From a virus (Duplodnaviria > Caudoviricetes), in the IMG/VR virus record IMGVR_UViG_3300021233_000111, positions 1-37,117 of that record: DNA of 37,117 nt. One strand, given 5' to 3'. Position 1 is the first letter of the stretch. The number at the start of each line of letters is the position of its first letter. The notes under the pieces are model-generated. The model saw only the letters and a list, made by a program, of their open reading frames with translations. It was not told the DNA's origin and ran no database searches. Positions 9,955 through 18,833 of the stretch are shown one piece after another. The position numbers and the translations under genes were made by a program.

Positions 9955-11727
9955 GTGCAGGATGACCGCACTACAAACTTAAATCTCCCGAAGCCTTCGG
10001 CCGCGAACATCCTGACGGATGACGTGGCGAGAATGCGATCCGCGCTCGACCTCATCGACGCGGCGGTCGCTTCGAAAGCATCGGCGGCGGATATCTCGGC
10101 GCAACTTGCGAACCTGATCGGCTCCGCCCCGGCGGCGCTTGATACCCTCGCGGAATTGGCGACGGCGCTCAATAACGATCCGTCGTTCGCCGCTCACACC
10201 GCGACGAGCATCGCATCGCTTCAGTCGGCGGTGGCTACCCTGCAAGCGGGTATGTCCACCTACTACACCCGCCAAAAGTGGACCCTGACGGCCGGTCAAA
10301 CTTCGATCAATACGTCCGGCTATATGGTCGGGTTCGTGCAGTTGTATTTGAACGGCGTCCTATTGGTTGACGGCGACGATTACACCGCGACGGACGGAAC
10401 GCTAATCACTTTGGCGGTCGGTGGCGCGGCGGGCGATTCCGTCGAGGCGATCATGCTTCACCCGTTCCAGTTGGTGAACACGACTTTCACGGGAAAGACC
10501 ACGATCGAGGGTCAACTCGATATGCCTCAATGGACGACGGCGACGCGTCCGGCCAATCCCAGATACGGAACGACGGGATACAACACAACCACGAAGGCCC
10601 TCGAAAACTACACCGATCAGGGATGGCTTAAAGTCTCCGTGCCAATCCCGATTATCACGTCGAGTTCGGGGAATATCTATTCGGGCGTTACTTCGACGAT
10701 CACGCTGACGGGTATTAACTTCGGAACGTCGGCGGCGACGGTTACGTTTACTTCTGGTGCAACGTCGGCGACGGCGACCGCTACTCCGGCTAACGGCGGT
10801 CAAACGTGCGCGGTTACAGTCCCGGCGGCTATCTATGGCCTCGCGGCGGGAACGGCCGTAACGATTTCGCTGAAGAACGCGGACAACGCATCTTCGGCGG
10901 CGCTGACTTTGACTAGCATCGGAATTCCGACCGGCGGGACAATTACCGATGCGGGCGGATATCGTTATCACACGTTCACTAGTTCCGGATCACTTATCGT
11001 TCCGGCGGGCTTCGCATTGTCGGTGGGTTATCTAATCGTCGCGGGTGGTGGCGGTGGTGGATACGATATCGGCGGGGGTGGCGGCGCGGGCGGATTGCTC
11101 AACGGAACCTCTGCGATCAGCCAAGGAACCTATTCGGTAACGGTTGGCTCCGGCGGAGCGGGATCTACTGTTTCGCAAGCAAAAGGTGGATCAGGCAATA
11201 ATTCATCCGTTTTTTCTGTTTCCGCTATCGGCGGCGGTGGCGGCGGAAGTTGGCAAAACCCAAACGGACAGGACGGGCTTCCCGGCGGATCAGGTGGTGG
11301 TGCGGGCGCGGGTTATGCGGGAAATGCAGTAGCAAACGGCGGTGCGGGAACATCCGGCCAAGGTTATGCGGGCGGTAATTGCGGCGGAAGTAGTGAGGGA
11401 TACTACATCGGCGGCGGCGGCGGCGGTGCAGGAGCGGCGGGCGCTAGCGGTGGCGCGGGCGCGGGCGGTGGAATTGGTCTCAATTATTCCGCATGGGCAA
11501 CGGCCACAAACACCGGCCATTCCGGATACTACGCGGGCGGCGGTGGCGGCAATGATAACTCAGGATTGACGCAAGGCCCCGGCGGAACCGGCGGCGGATC
11601 GTCGTCTCGATCAACTAACGCAATGGCTAACACCGGAGGCGGCGGTCACGGTGGCGGCTACACCGGAGCAGAAAGCGGAACTAACGGCGGCTCCGGAATC
11701 GTTATCATCCGCTACCAGATCACTTAA
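9955..11727 (+). CDS. Tail fibre/receptor-binding protein 1 with glycine-rich C-terminal domain
   Basis: LIGSAPAALDTLAELATAL fibre helix, YLNGVLL..DYT module, Ig-like stretch, then YRYHTFTSSG..VAGGGGGG..GGSGIVIIRY Gly-rich domain. Confidence 0.85.
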   Translation: MQDDRTTNLNLPKPSAANILTDDVARMRSALDLIDAAVASKASAADISAQLANLIGSAPAALDTLAELATALNNDPSFAAHTATSIASLQSAVATLQAGMSTYYTRQKWTLTAGQTSINTSGYMVGFVQLYLNGVLLVDGDDYTATDGTLITLAVGGAAGDSVEAIMLHPFQLVNTTFTGKTTIEGQLDMPQWTTATRPANPRYGTTGYNTTTKALENYTDQGWLKVSVPIPIITSSSGNIYSGVTSTITLTGINFGTSAATVTFTSGATSATATATPANGGQTCAVTVPAAIYGLAAGTAVTISLKNADNASSAALTLTSIGIPTGGTITDAGGYRYHTFTSSGSLIVPAGFALSVGYLIVAGGGGGGYDIGGGGGAGGLLNGTSAISQGTYSVTVGSGGAGSTVSQAKGGSGNNSSVFSVSAIGGGGGGSWQNPNGQDGLPGGSGGGAGAGYAGNAVANGGAGTSGQGYAGGNCGGSSEGYYIGGGGGGAGAAGASGGAGAGGGIGLNYSAWATATNTGHSGYYAGGGGGNDNSGLTQGPGGTGGGSSSRSTNAMANTGGGGHGGGYTGAESGTNGGSGIVIIRYQIT

Positions 11728-11741
11728 TCGAGGACTAAAAC

Positions 11742-12134
11742 ATGGGACATTTTGCAAAAGTAACCGACGGGATCGTCGCTCAAGTTATCGTCGCGGAGCC
11801 GGAGTTCTTCGAGACTTTCGTGGACTCCTCTCCGGGCGAATGGATTCAAACTTCCTACAACACGCGCGGCGGCGTTCACATCGACCCGGAAACCGGCGAG
11901 CCTTCCGAAGATCAGTCGAAGGCGCTCCGCAAGAACTACGCGGGGATCGGTTTCACTTACGACCGCGAGCGCGACGCGTTCATCCCGCCGAAGCCGTTCG
12001 CGTCGTGGACGCTCAACGATGAGTCGTGTCTCTGGGATGCTCCGGTTGCGTATCCGGAAGATGGCAAGCGTTACACATGGGACGAAGCCTCGACCGCATG
12101 GGTCGAAATCGCTGATCCCGTCGTCGAGGGCTAA
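11742..12134 (+). CDS. Small fibre-associated protein (possible assembly chaperone)
   Basis: MGHFAKV..WIQTSYN..RKNYAGIGFTYD..FIPPKPFASW..YTWDE; lies between the two Gly-rich fibres; GAGG RBS. Confidence 0.65.
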   Translation: MGHFAKVTDGIVAQVIVAEPEFFETFVDSSPGEWIQTSYNTRGGVHIDPETGEPSEDQSKALRKNYAGIGFTYDRERDAFIPPKPFASWTLNDESCLWDAPVAYPEDGKRYTWDEASTAWVEIADPVVEG

Positions 12135-12137
12135 AGG

Positions 12138-13421
12138 ATGACCAACGCGAGAAATATCTCGAATCTCAGCGTCGGCGGGAATAACGGCGCGCTCAAGATC
12201 CCAAGCGGAACGACGGCGCAACGTCCGGCGAATCCTCAGAATGGATACACGCGGCACAATACGACGCTAGGGTCTCTCGAGTTCTATGATGCGACTTCAG
12301 GCGCGTGGATTGCGACGAACTTGATCCCGGTCGTGAACTCGGTGACGGGTAACGTGTTCGCGGGCGGCGCATCGACTTTGACTCTCAGCCTATCGAACGC
12401 GACTGACAAGATCGACGTGGTGTTCACCAAAGCGGGGACCGTTCTCGCGACCGTGGCTAATGCCTCGGTATCGGTCGGAACGGCAACCGTAACGGTCCCC
12501 TCCGGTGTTTATAGCGCCGTGACGGCGGGCGATACTGTCGCGATCTCGATCAAAAATCAGGACGGAACTCCGTCGTCGAACAGTCAATCGAAAACGGTTC
12601 TCGCTCTACCTACAGGCGGAACGGTTACGACTGTTGGCGGATATCGTTATCACACGTTTGGATCATCGGGGAGCCTTGTCGTCCCTTCGGGGTTTTCTGT
12701 AACTGCGGACTTTTTGATAGTCGGCGGCGGGGGCTCTGGTGGGCAGTCAAATAATGGCGCGGGCGGCGGCGCTGGTGGTCTTGTACAAGAATCTTCAACT
12801 ATTTCCGCTGGGACGTTAACTGTTGTTATTGGCGCGGGTGGATCAGTTGCGACCGCTGGCGCTTCTTCGGCTGGCGCGGCTACTGGGTCAAATTCAAGTG
12901 TGACCGGTAGGTCAATAGCAATCGGCGGCGGTTATGGAGGCTCAAATTCAGACCCAAGAGCCGGGGGAAATGGCGGATCAGGTGGAGGCGGTACTTATCA
13001 ATATGGTGGAGGATCGGGAACTGCTGGGCAAGGCAACGCAGGCGGACAAGGCTACGCAACCGCAACCGCGCCATATTCAGGCGGTGGTGGGGGCGGGGCT
13101 GGCGCGGCGGGAGAAAGTGCTTATTCAAAATCGTCTGGTGGTGATGGTGGCGCGGGCATTAACTGGAAATCGCTCGGGAATTACTATGCGGGCGGCGGTG
13201 GCGGCGGCACTCACTACGCGGCGGGAGGCGCGGGAGGCGTGGGAGGCGGCGGTGCAGGAGGGAACGGTTCGGTCGCTAATTACACCTCAACGTGCGGGGT
13301 ATCTGGCTCGACTAATACCGGCGGCGGCGGCGGTGCTGGATCGTTAAATGCTTCCGTCGGGACTGCGGGTGCGGGTGGTCTTGGCGGCTCCGGCGTCGTT
13401 ATTATCCGCTACGCTCTTTAA
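12138..13421 (+). CDS. Glycine-rich tail fibre/receptor-binding protein 2 (paralog of fibre 1 C-terminal half)
   Basis: Shares TAxRPANP..NTT..LExY, PTGGT..GGYRYHTF and GGSG(I/V)VIIRY with fibre 1. Confidence 0.85.
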   Translation: MTNARNISNLSVGGNNGALKIPSGTTAQRPANPQNGYTRHNTTLGSLEFYDATSGAWIATNLIPVVNSVTGNVFAGGASTLTLSLSNATDKIDVVFTKAGTVLATVANASVSVGTATVTVPSGVYSAVTAGDTVAISIKNQDGTPSSNSQSKTVLALPTGGTVTTVGGYRYHTFGSSGSLVVPSGFSVTADFLIVGGGGSGGQSNNGAGGGAGGLVQESSTISAGTLTVVIGAGGSVATAGASSAGAATGSNSSVTGRSIAIGGGYGGSNSDPRAGGNGGSGGGGTYQYGGGSGTAGQGNAGGQGYATATAPYSGGGGGGAGAAGESAYSKSSGGDGGAGINWKSLGNYYAGGGGGGTHYAAGGAGGVGGGGAGGNGSVANYTSTCGVSGSTNTGGGGGAGSLNASVGTAGAGGLGGSGVVIIRYAL

Positions 13422-13443
13422 TTCACGTTAGGACCAGCGACCT

Positions 13444-13470
13444 AGCCCCTCTCCGGAGGGGCTTTTTTTT
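13444..13470 (+). terminator. Intrinsic terminator
   Basis: AGCCCCTC-TCCG-GAGGGGCT followed by a T run. Confidence 0.92.
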
Positions 13471-13471
13471 G

Positions 13472-13515
13472 AGGAAAAACCGCAAGAGGAATCCGAGGGA
13501 CTGTCAAGGGATCAT
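13472..13515 (+). promoter_or_regulatory. Putative activator-dependent late promoter 2
   Basis: AGGAAAAACCGCAAGAGGAA-N18-GATCAT directly after a terminator and before the sheath gene. Confidence 0.78.
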
Positions 13516-13571
13516 GCAAACTACGGTTATCCGGAACTAACCTTGAATTTCATCCTCTGAGGACTCCTTAA

Positions 13572-14762
13572 ATGCCCGAACAATTCTTGCATGGCGTCGA
13601 GATCGTCGAAATCGACGACGGCCTTCGTCCCATTCAGACCGTAAAATCGTCGGTCATTGGTATCGTGGGGACCGCCCCGCGCGCCGATGCGACCGTCTTC
13701 CCGCTGAATACTCCGGTCCTAGTCGCCGGTTCTCGGGCTCTCGCCGCCAAGCTAACCGCTAACGCGGGCGCGGACGATGGTTCACTCCCGAGCGCGCTCG
13801 ACTCGATCTTCGATCAGTCCGGAGCCGCGGTCGTCGTGATCCGAGTCGAAAAGGGCGCGAACGAAGCCGAGACCATCGCGAACGTGATCGGCGGCGTCAA
13901 TTCCACATCCGGCGAATATGAAGGCGTTCAAGCCCTCCTCGGCGCGAACTCTCTTCTCGGCGTAACTCCGCGCGTCCTGATCGCTCCCGGCTTCACTCAT
14001 CAGCGCGACTCTGAGAACGCGAACGCGGTCGTCGCTGAATTGATCGGTGTCGCCGAACGTCTCCGCGCGGTTATCATCGCCGACGGTCCGAACACCGTGG
14101 ACGCCGACGCGATCGCCGCATCGAACGACTTCGGCTCGAGCCGCGTCTATCTGATCGATCCGTGGGTTAAGAAACTAAACGCCGCCGGGAACACCGTCGT
14201 CGCTCCGGCTTCCCCCGTGGTCGCGGGCCTGATCTCTAAGTCCGACAATGAGCGCGGTTTCTGGTGGTCTCCTTCGAACCAGAACATCAACGGCATTACC
14301 GGCACGGGTCGCGCGATCGACTTCGCTCTCGGTGACGTGAATTCACGCGCGAACATTCTCAACGAGAACAACGTCGCGACGATCATCCGCGAAGACGGTT
14401 TCCGTCTCTGGGGAAATCGGACCCTCACAAGCGATACGAAATGGATCTTCCTCTCGGTTCGCCGCACGGCCGATATCATTAACGACTCACTCCTCCGCGC
14501 GCATCTTTGGGCGGTCGATCGAAATATCTCGAAGACCTACATCCAAGACGTGACCGAAAGCGTGAATAATTACCTCCGATATCTCACCTCAATCGGTGCG
14601 ATCCTCGGCGGCAAATGCTACGCTGATCCGGATCTCAACACTCCGGAAAACATCGCGCTCGGGAAGGTATTCTTCGACTTCGACTTCACTCCGCCCTATC
14701 CCGCGGAACAGGTCACTTTCCGTTCGCATCTTGTGAACGACTACATCACGGAGATTCTGTAA
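13572..14762 (+). CDS. Contractile tail sheath protein (P2 FI-like)
   Basis: FLHGVEIVE, FPLNTPVL, GFWWSPSN, GFRLWGNRT, FTPPYPAE. Confidence 0.96.
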   Translation: MPEQFLHGVEIVEIDDGLRPIQTVKSSVIGIVGTAPRADATVFPLNTPVLVAGSRALAAKLTANAGADDGSLPSALDSIFDQSGAAVVVIRVEKGANEAETIANVIGGVNSTSGEYEGVQALLGANSLLGVTPRVLIAPGFTHQRDSENANAVVAELIGVAERLRAVIIADGPNTVDADAIAASNDFGSSRVYLIDPWVKKLNAAGNTVVAPASPVVAGLISKSDNERGFWWSPSNQNINGITGTGRAIDFALGDVNSRANILNENNVATIIREDGFRLWGNRTLTSDTKWIFLSVRRTADIINDSLLRAHLWAVDRNISKTYIQDVTESVNNYLRYLTSIGAILGGKCYADPDLNTPENIALGKVFFDFDFTPPYPAEQVTFRSHLVNDYITEIL

Positions 14763-14764
14763 TC

Positions 14765-15271
14765 ATGGCCGCGCGTAATATCCGCAAGAATCTAAACCTC
14801 TTCGTGGACGGCCGCGGCTATGCGGGCCAGATCGAAGAGTTCAACGCCCCGAAACTGGCGCTCACCACGGAAGAGTTCCGCGGCGGCGGTATGCAGGGAC
14901 CCGTCGAAATCACGATGGGCATGGAGAAGATGGAGACCGACTTCTCCCTGATTTCTTATGACGCCGACGTTCTCTCGCTCTTCGGAGTTGTCGAGGGCGC
15001 TAACGTCCCCTTCGTCGCTCGCGAGGCTCTCGAGTCTTTCGACGGCGTGGTGACTCCGGTCGTGCACACGATGCGCGGCAAGATCAAGGAAATCGATCCG
15101 GGCACGTCTAAGGCGGGCGACATGGCGTCGCTGAAGATTTCAATGGCTCTCACTTACTACAAACTGCAACACGGCGACAAAGTTGTGCAGGAAGTAGATA
15201 TCGAGAACATGATTCACGCCGTCAACGGCACGGACACCCTAACGGGCATCCGCGGCGCGCTTGGCATCTAA
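14765..15271 (+). CDS. Tail tube protein (P2 FII-like)
   Basis: NLNLFVDGRGYAG, EEFRGGGM.GPVEI.MGMEK, YYKL..EVDIENM. Confidence 0.95.
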   Translation: MAARNIRKNLNLFVDGRGYAGQIEEFNAPKLALTTEEFRGGGMQGPVEITMGMEKMETDFSLISYDADVLSLFGVVEGANVPFVAREALESFDGVVTPVVHTMRGKIKEIDPGTSKAGDMASLKISMALTYYKLQHGDKVVQEVDIENMIHAVNGTDTLTGIRGALGI

Positions 15272-15281
15272 TGACGAACAG

Positions 15282-15317
15282 GCGCGCCCGGTCTTCGGAT
15301 CGGTGCGCGCTCTTTTT
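15282..15317 (+). terminator. Terminator-like hairpin between tube and chaperone genes
   Basis: GCGCGCCCGGTC-TTCG-GATCGGTGCGCGC then TCTTTTT. Confidence 0.7.
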
Positions 15318-15328
15318 ATGGGTGGTTT

Positions 15329-15589
15329 ATGGCTAATGATGATAGCGGCTTTGTGGATATTGATCTCTCTCGCGCAATTGAGATCGACGGAGCGAAGGTT
15401 AAGGCCTTGCGAATGCGCGAACCGACTGTCGCTGACCAATTGGCGGCGGATGAATACAAGGGCGGAGACGCCGCGAAGGAACTAATGACTCTCGCGAACC
15501 TCTGTCAGATCACGCCGGATGATCTCAAGAAATTGAGCCTCCGCGATTACAAGAAACTGCAAGAGGCATTCTTGGGTTTTATTGCCTGA
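15329..15589 (+). CDS. Tail assembly chaperone (P2 gpE-like)
   Basis: LRMREPTVAD..LSLRDYKKLQEAFLGF, between tube and tape measure. Confidence 0.88.
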   Translation: MANDDSGFVDIDLSRAIEIDGAKVKALRMREPTVADQLAADEYKGGDAAKELMTLANLCQITPDDLKKLSLRDYKKLQEAFLGFIA

Positions 15590-15720
15590 CCCCTGACTAT
15601 ATCCGGCAAGGCGCGCTCGCTCTGGCGTCTCACACCGGATGGGGGGTCGGTGAAATTATGGCGATGAGGGCCTCTCGCTTCGTTTGGTGGCTCCAAGGAT
15701 TACCAAAGGATAATGGCTAA
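15580..15720 (+). CDS. -1 frameshift extension of chaperone (gpE'-like)
   Basis: Slippery G GGT TTT at 15574-15580; the -1 frame reads YCLTPDYIRQGALALASHTGWGVGEIMAMRASRFVWWLQGLPKDNG*. Confidence 0.85.
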   Translation, partial: YCLTPDYIRQGALALASHTGWGVGEIMAMRASRFVWWLQGLPKDNG

Positions 15721-18103
15721 CAAGCAACTCAATGCAACGATCACCATCGGCGGAGCCGTCGCGGCATCTCTGAAGGGCGCGATCGGCTCGACGAATGGGA
15801 AGCTACAGTCCATCGGCCAAACGATCGACAAACTCAAAGCGAAGCAACGAGAACTCAATCGCGTAATCAAAGAGCAAGAGAAACTCGGCAAGGGTCCGAG
15901 TTTCGCTCGCCTCGAACTCGGGGAGATCAATAAGCAGATCGCCGCGCTTCGCACGAAGTCGGATCTCCTTCGGAAAGAACTCGAACTTAAAAAACGCATC
16001 AAGGACGCTCGCGAGAACTTCGCGGGACAAGCGCGCGACCGTGCGACCGCGGCTCTCGCCGTCGGCGCAACCGTGGCTTATCCCGCCTTCTCGATGCTGA
16101 AGGATGCGGCGGAGTTTAACTATCAACTCCAATTGATCGGCAATACGGCGAACATGACGAAGGCGGAGATCGCGGATCTCTCGCGTCAAATCATGGAATC
16201 ATCCGCCGCGACCGGACAGTCGGCGACGACGCTTCAAAGCGCGATCGGCTTCCTTGTGGCCGCGGGCATGGATACGAAGACCGCCGTCGCGAGCATCAAC
16301 ACGATCGGCCGAACCGCTACGGCGGCGGGCGCTGATATCGAGGATCTCTCCCGGGCGGCGTTCGTCTTGAACGACTCGCTCAAGATCGCGCCGAAGGATC
16401 TACAAGCGGCCCTCGACACCCTCGCACAAGCGGGCAAAGAAGGGAACGTCGAATTAAAGAACATGGCGAAGGTTCTCCCGGTTCTCGGCTCCGGGATGCT
16501 CTCCCTCAAAATGGAAGGACGCGAAGCCGCGGCGACGATGGGCGCGGCTCTGGAAGTTGCGAGGAAGGGCGCGGCGGACGCTGACGAAGCCGCGAACAAC
16601 ATGAAGAACTACATCGCGAAAGTGATGAGCCCCGAGACGCTGAAGAAGGGGAAGAAGAACTTCGGGATCGATCTCTACCAGATCATTAAGGACGCTCAGA
16701 AGAAGGGAAAGAACCCCTTCGAAGAGTCGATGAGCGCGATCATCAAGGCGACGAAAGGCGATCAGAAGGCCATCGGCGACTTGTTCCAAGATATGCAGGT
16801 CCAGAACTTTATTCGGCCCTTGATTCAGAATTGGGACGAATACAAACGCATTAAGGAAAAGTCCCTCAAGGCGACCGGCGTCACCGATCAAGACTTCGAA
16901 AAGATCATGGGGACCTCGAAGTCGCAGATGGACCGCCTTACGGGTTCATTCGGCCGATTGAAAATCGCGCTCGGCGAAACTCTCGAGCCCGCGTTCGCGA
17001 AGATTGGAACGGTCCTCGAGCCGGTTCTCGGAAAGATCGAAGCGTTCATCAAAAATAATAAGGCCCTTGTCGGCTCCGTCATGGTCGCGATCGGCGGTCT
17101 TGCGGTTCTCGGGACGGCGATCCTTACGGTCGGCGCGGCGCTTGCCGGTATCGGATGGGCCTCGACGTTCGCCGCGAGCGGGTGGCTTGCTCTCTCCAAG
17201 GTCGGATCGATTCTCGGTTCCGTCGTGTTCCCGCTAGTCGCTCGAGGTTTCGCGATGATTGGCGCGGCCGCGATGGCGAACCCCATCGGAGCAACGATCG
17301 CCGCGATCGCAGTCGGCGCGCTCCTCATCTATAAGTATTGGGAACCGATCTCATCCTTCATGGTGAACTTGTGGAACGGGATCTCCTCGACGGTATCGAG
17401 CGCGCTTGAAATAATCCGCTCGACGATCTCGACCGCCTTTACGAGCGTCGGCGCGACGGTATCGTCCGCGGTTGAAACGATCCGCTCGACGGTCTCCGGC
17501 GGCTTCGCGAACGTCGGCGCGGCATTCCGTGCGGCGTGGGAACCGATCCGCGGGTGGTTTTCTAGTTTTTGGACCGACATATCCTCCGCGACCACTAATA
17601 GCGTCGCCGCAATCCGGAGCGCGCTCGCGTCGGGATTCTTAGCGGTGGGCTCGATTTTCCGTGCGGCGTGGGAACCGATCCGAGGTTATTTTTCCGGGCT
17701 TTGGAACGATCTCATGGGTATCGTTTCGCGAGCGATCGAATGGATCACCTCTAAAGTCGCCTCGATGGGCGCGGCAATCTCAGGGCTAAAGAATTCCTTC
17801 TCCTTCGGTGGCGATTTTAGCGCGCCGGTTCAGAAAGAGTCGTTTTCGGTCGGCGGCGGCTCTCGGGCTCCGGCGCTTCACTCACCCGGAGGATCTCGGA
17901 CGCCACCCCCGCCCCCTCCGACGATGAGCGCGCGGAATTCGGTGTCGCAGTCGGCCACCTATCATCAAACCTTCCAGATCAATCAGCAACCCGGACAGTC
18001 GGCCGACGATCTCGCGAAAAAGATCGTCGCCAAGATGAAGGCCCGCGATGATGCAGATCGACGCGGAAGGATGTTCGACCCTGTAATCGCGGGTAATTAC
18101 TGA
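15713..18103 (+). CDS. Tail tape measure protein
   Basis: 796 aa Ala-rich helical protein with hydrophobic segments and Trp-periodic repeats; canonical position. Confidence 0.93.
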   Translation: MANKQLNATITIGGAVAASLKGAIGSTNGKLQSIGQTIDKLKAKQRELNRVIKEQEKLGKGPSFARLELGEINKQIAALRTKSDLLRKELELKKRIKDARENFAGQARDRATAALAVGATVAYPAFSMLKDAAEFNYQLQLIGNTANMTKAEIADLSRQIMESSAATGQSATTLQSAIGFLVAAGMDTKTAVASINTIGRTATAAGADIEDLSRAAFVLNDSLKIAPKDLQAALDTLAQAGKEGNVELKNMAKVLPVLGSGMLSLKMEGREAAATMGAALEVARKGAADADEAANNMKNYIAKVMSPETLKKGKKNFGIDLYQIIKDAQKKGKNPFEESMSAIIKATKGDQKAIGDLFQDMQVQNFIRPLIQNWDEYKRIKEKSLKATGVTDQDFEKIMGTSKSQMDRLTGSFGRLKIALGETLEPAFAKIGTVLEPVLGKIEAFIKNNKALVGSVMVAIGGLAVLGTAILTVGAALAGIGWASTFAASGWLALSKVGSILGSVVFPLVARGFAMIGAAAMANPIGATIAAIAVGALLIYKYWEPISSFMVNLWNGISSTVSSALEIIRSTISTAFTSVGATVSSAVETIRSTVSGGFANVGAAFRAAWEPIRGWFSSFWTDISSATTNSVAAIRSALASGFLAVGSIFRAAWEPIRGYFSGLWNDLMGIVSRAIEWITSKVASMGAAISGLKNSFSFGGDFSAPVQKESFSVGGGSRAPALHSPGGSRTPPPPPPTMSARNSVSQSATYHQTFQINQQPGQSADDLAKKIVAKMKARDDADRRGRMFDPVIAGNY
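17525..17682 (+). repeat. 26-bp direct repeat in tape measure gene, 132-bp period
   Basis: TTCCGTGCGGCGTGGGAACCGATCCG at 17525 and 17657 (FRAAWEPIR twice). Confidence 0.9.
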
Positions 18104-18621
18104 TGGCGCTCCTCGACGTGGGGAATATCTCCCCGATGATTCCGACGACGGTGTTCACCGGCGGGACGAACCCCGTCGCGGCGATCACCGGCTTCGTCCC
18201 TCAACTCATGCTCGGCGAGTTTATGTTCTCGCTGAATAGCGCCGCCTATCAGGAATTCCGGCGCTCGACGCAATACAACTGGAAGTCTCAGGAAGTCTTC
18301 GGCGAACATGAGATCCTGCAATACTGCGGCCCCGGTTCCGATCAAATCATCTTGCCCGGGCTTATCTATCCCGAATGGCGCGGCGGAACGGGCCAGATGG
18401 AGAAAGTCCGCATCATGGCCGCAATGGGAACGCCCCAAATGCTAATCACCGGCACGGGCGGCATTCTCGGACAATACGTCGTCGAACAGGTCGAAGAGAC
18501 TCACTCGAACATGATCGCGTTCGGCATTCCCAGAAAGATCGAGTTCAATATCACGCTTCGACGCTATAGCGCCGGGACCGGCTTCGGTGAATTGATCTCC
18601 GCGATTCAGAGTCTCTTCTAA
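18103..18621 (+). CDS. gpU: Tail protein U-like
   Basis: MLGEFMFSL..YQEFRR..W, LQYCGPGSDQI.LPG, PRKIEFNITLRRY. Confidence 0.9.
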   Translation: MALLDVGNISPMIPTTVFTGGTNPVAAITGFVPQLMLGEFMFSLNSAAYQEFRRSTQYNWKSQEVFGEHEILQYCGPGSDQIILPGLIYPEWRGGTGQMEKVRIMAAMGTPQMLITGTGGILGQYVVEQVEETHSNMIAFGIPRKIEFNITLRRYSAGTGFGELISAIQSLF

Positions 18622-18833
18622 TGGCCGACACCTACCTTACCCGCGACGGTGATGTTCTCGACTGGGTCGTGTGGAAATACTACGGCGCGACTTCGAACCG
18701 TTACGTCGAGCAAGTTCTCGAGGCGAACCCGGGCCTCGCTGATTACGGCCCCGTGATGCCCGGAGGCGTTCGCGTTCTCCTCCCGGATCTTGCACCTCCT
18801 GTCTCTGGTAGTTCGGTTCGGTTATGGGATTAA
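18621..18833 (+). CDS. gpX: Tail protein X-like (LysM-like)
   Basis: GDVLDWVVWKYYG..VLEANPGLA..VRLWD. Confidence 0.93.
   Translation: MADTYLTRDGDVLDWVVWKYYGATSNRYVEQVLEANPGLADYGPVMPGGVRVLLPDLAPPVSGSSVRLWD

Noticed and set aside
9955-13421. Diversity-generating retroelement acting on the duplicated fibre ends
   Set aside because: No reverse transcriptase seen, both copies are coding, and no long near-identical pair differs only at adenines
9933-13421. Invertible tail-fibre cassette (Gin/Cin type)
   Set aside because: Both fibres are co-oriented, the repeats are direct, and no serine invertase is present
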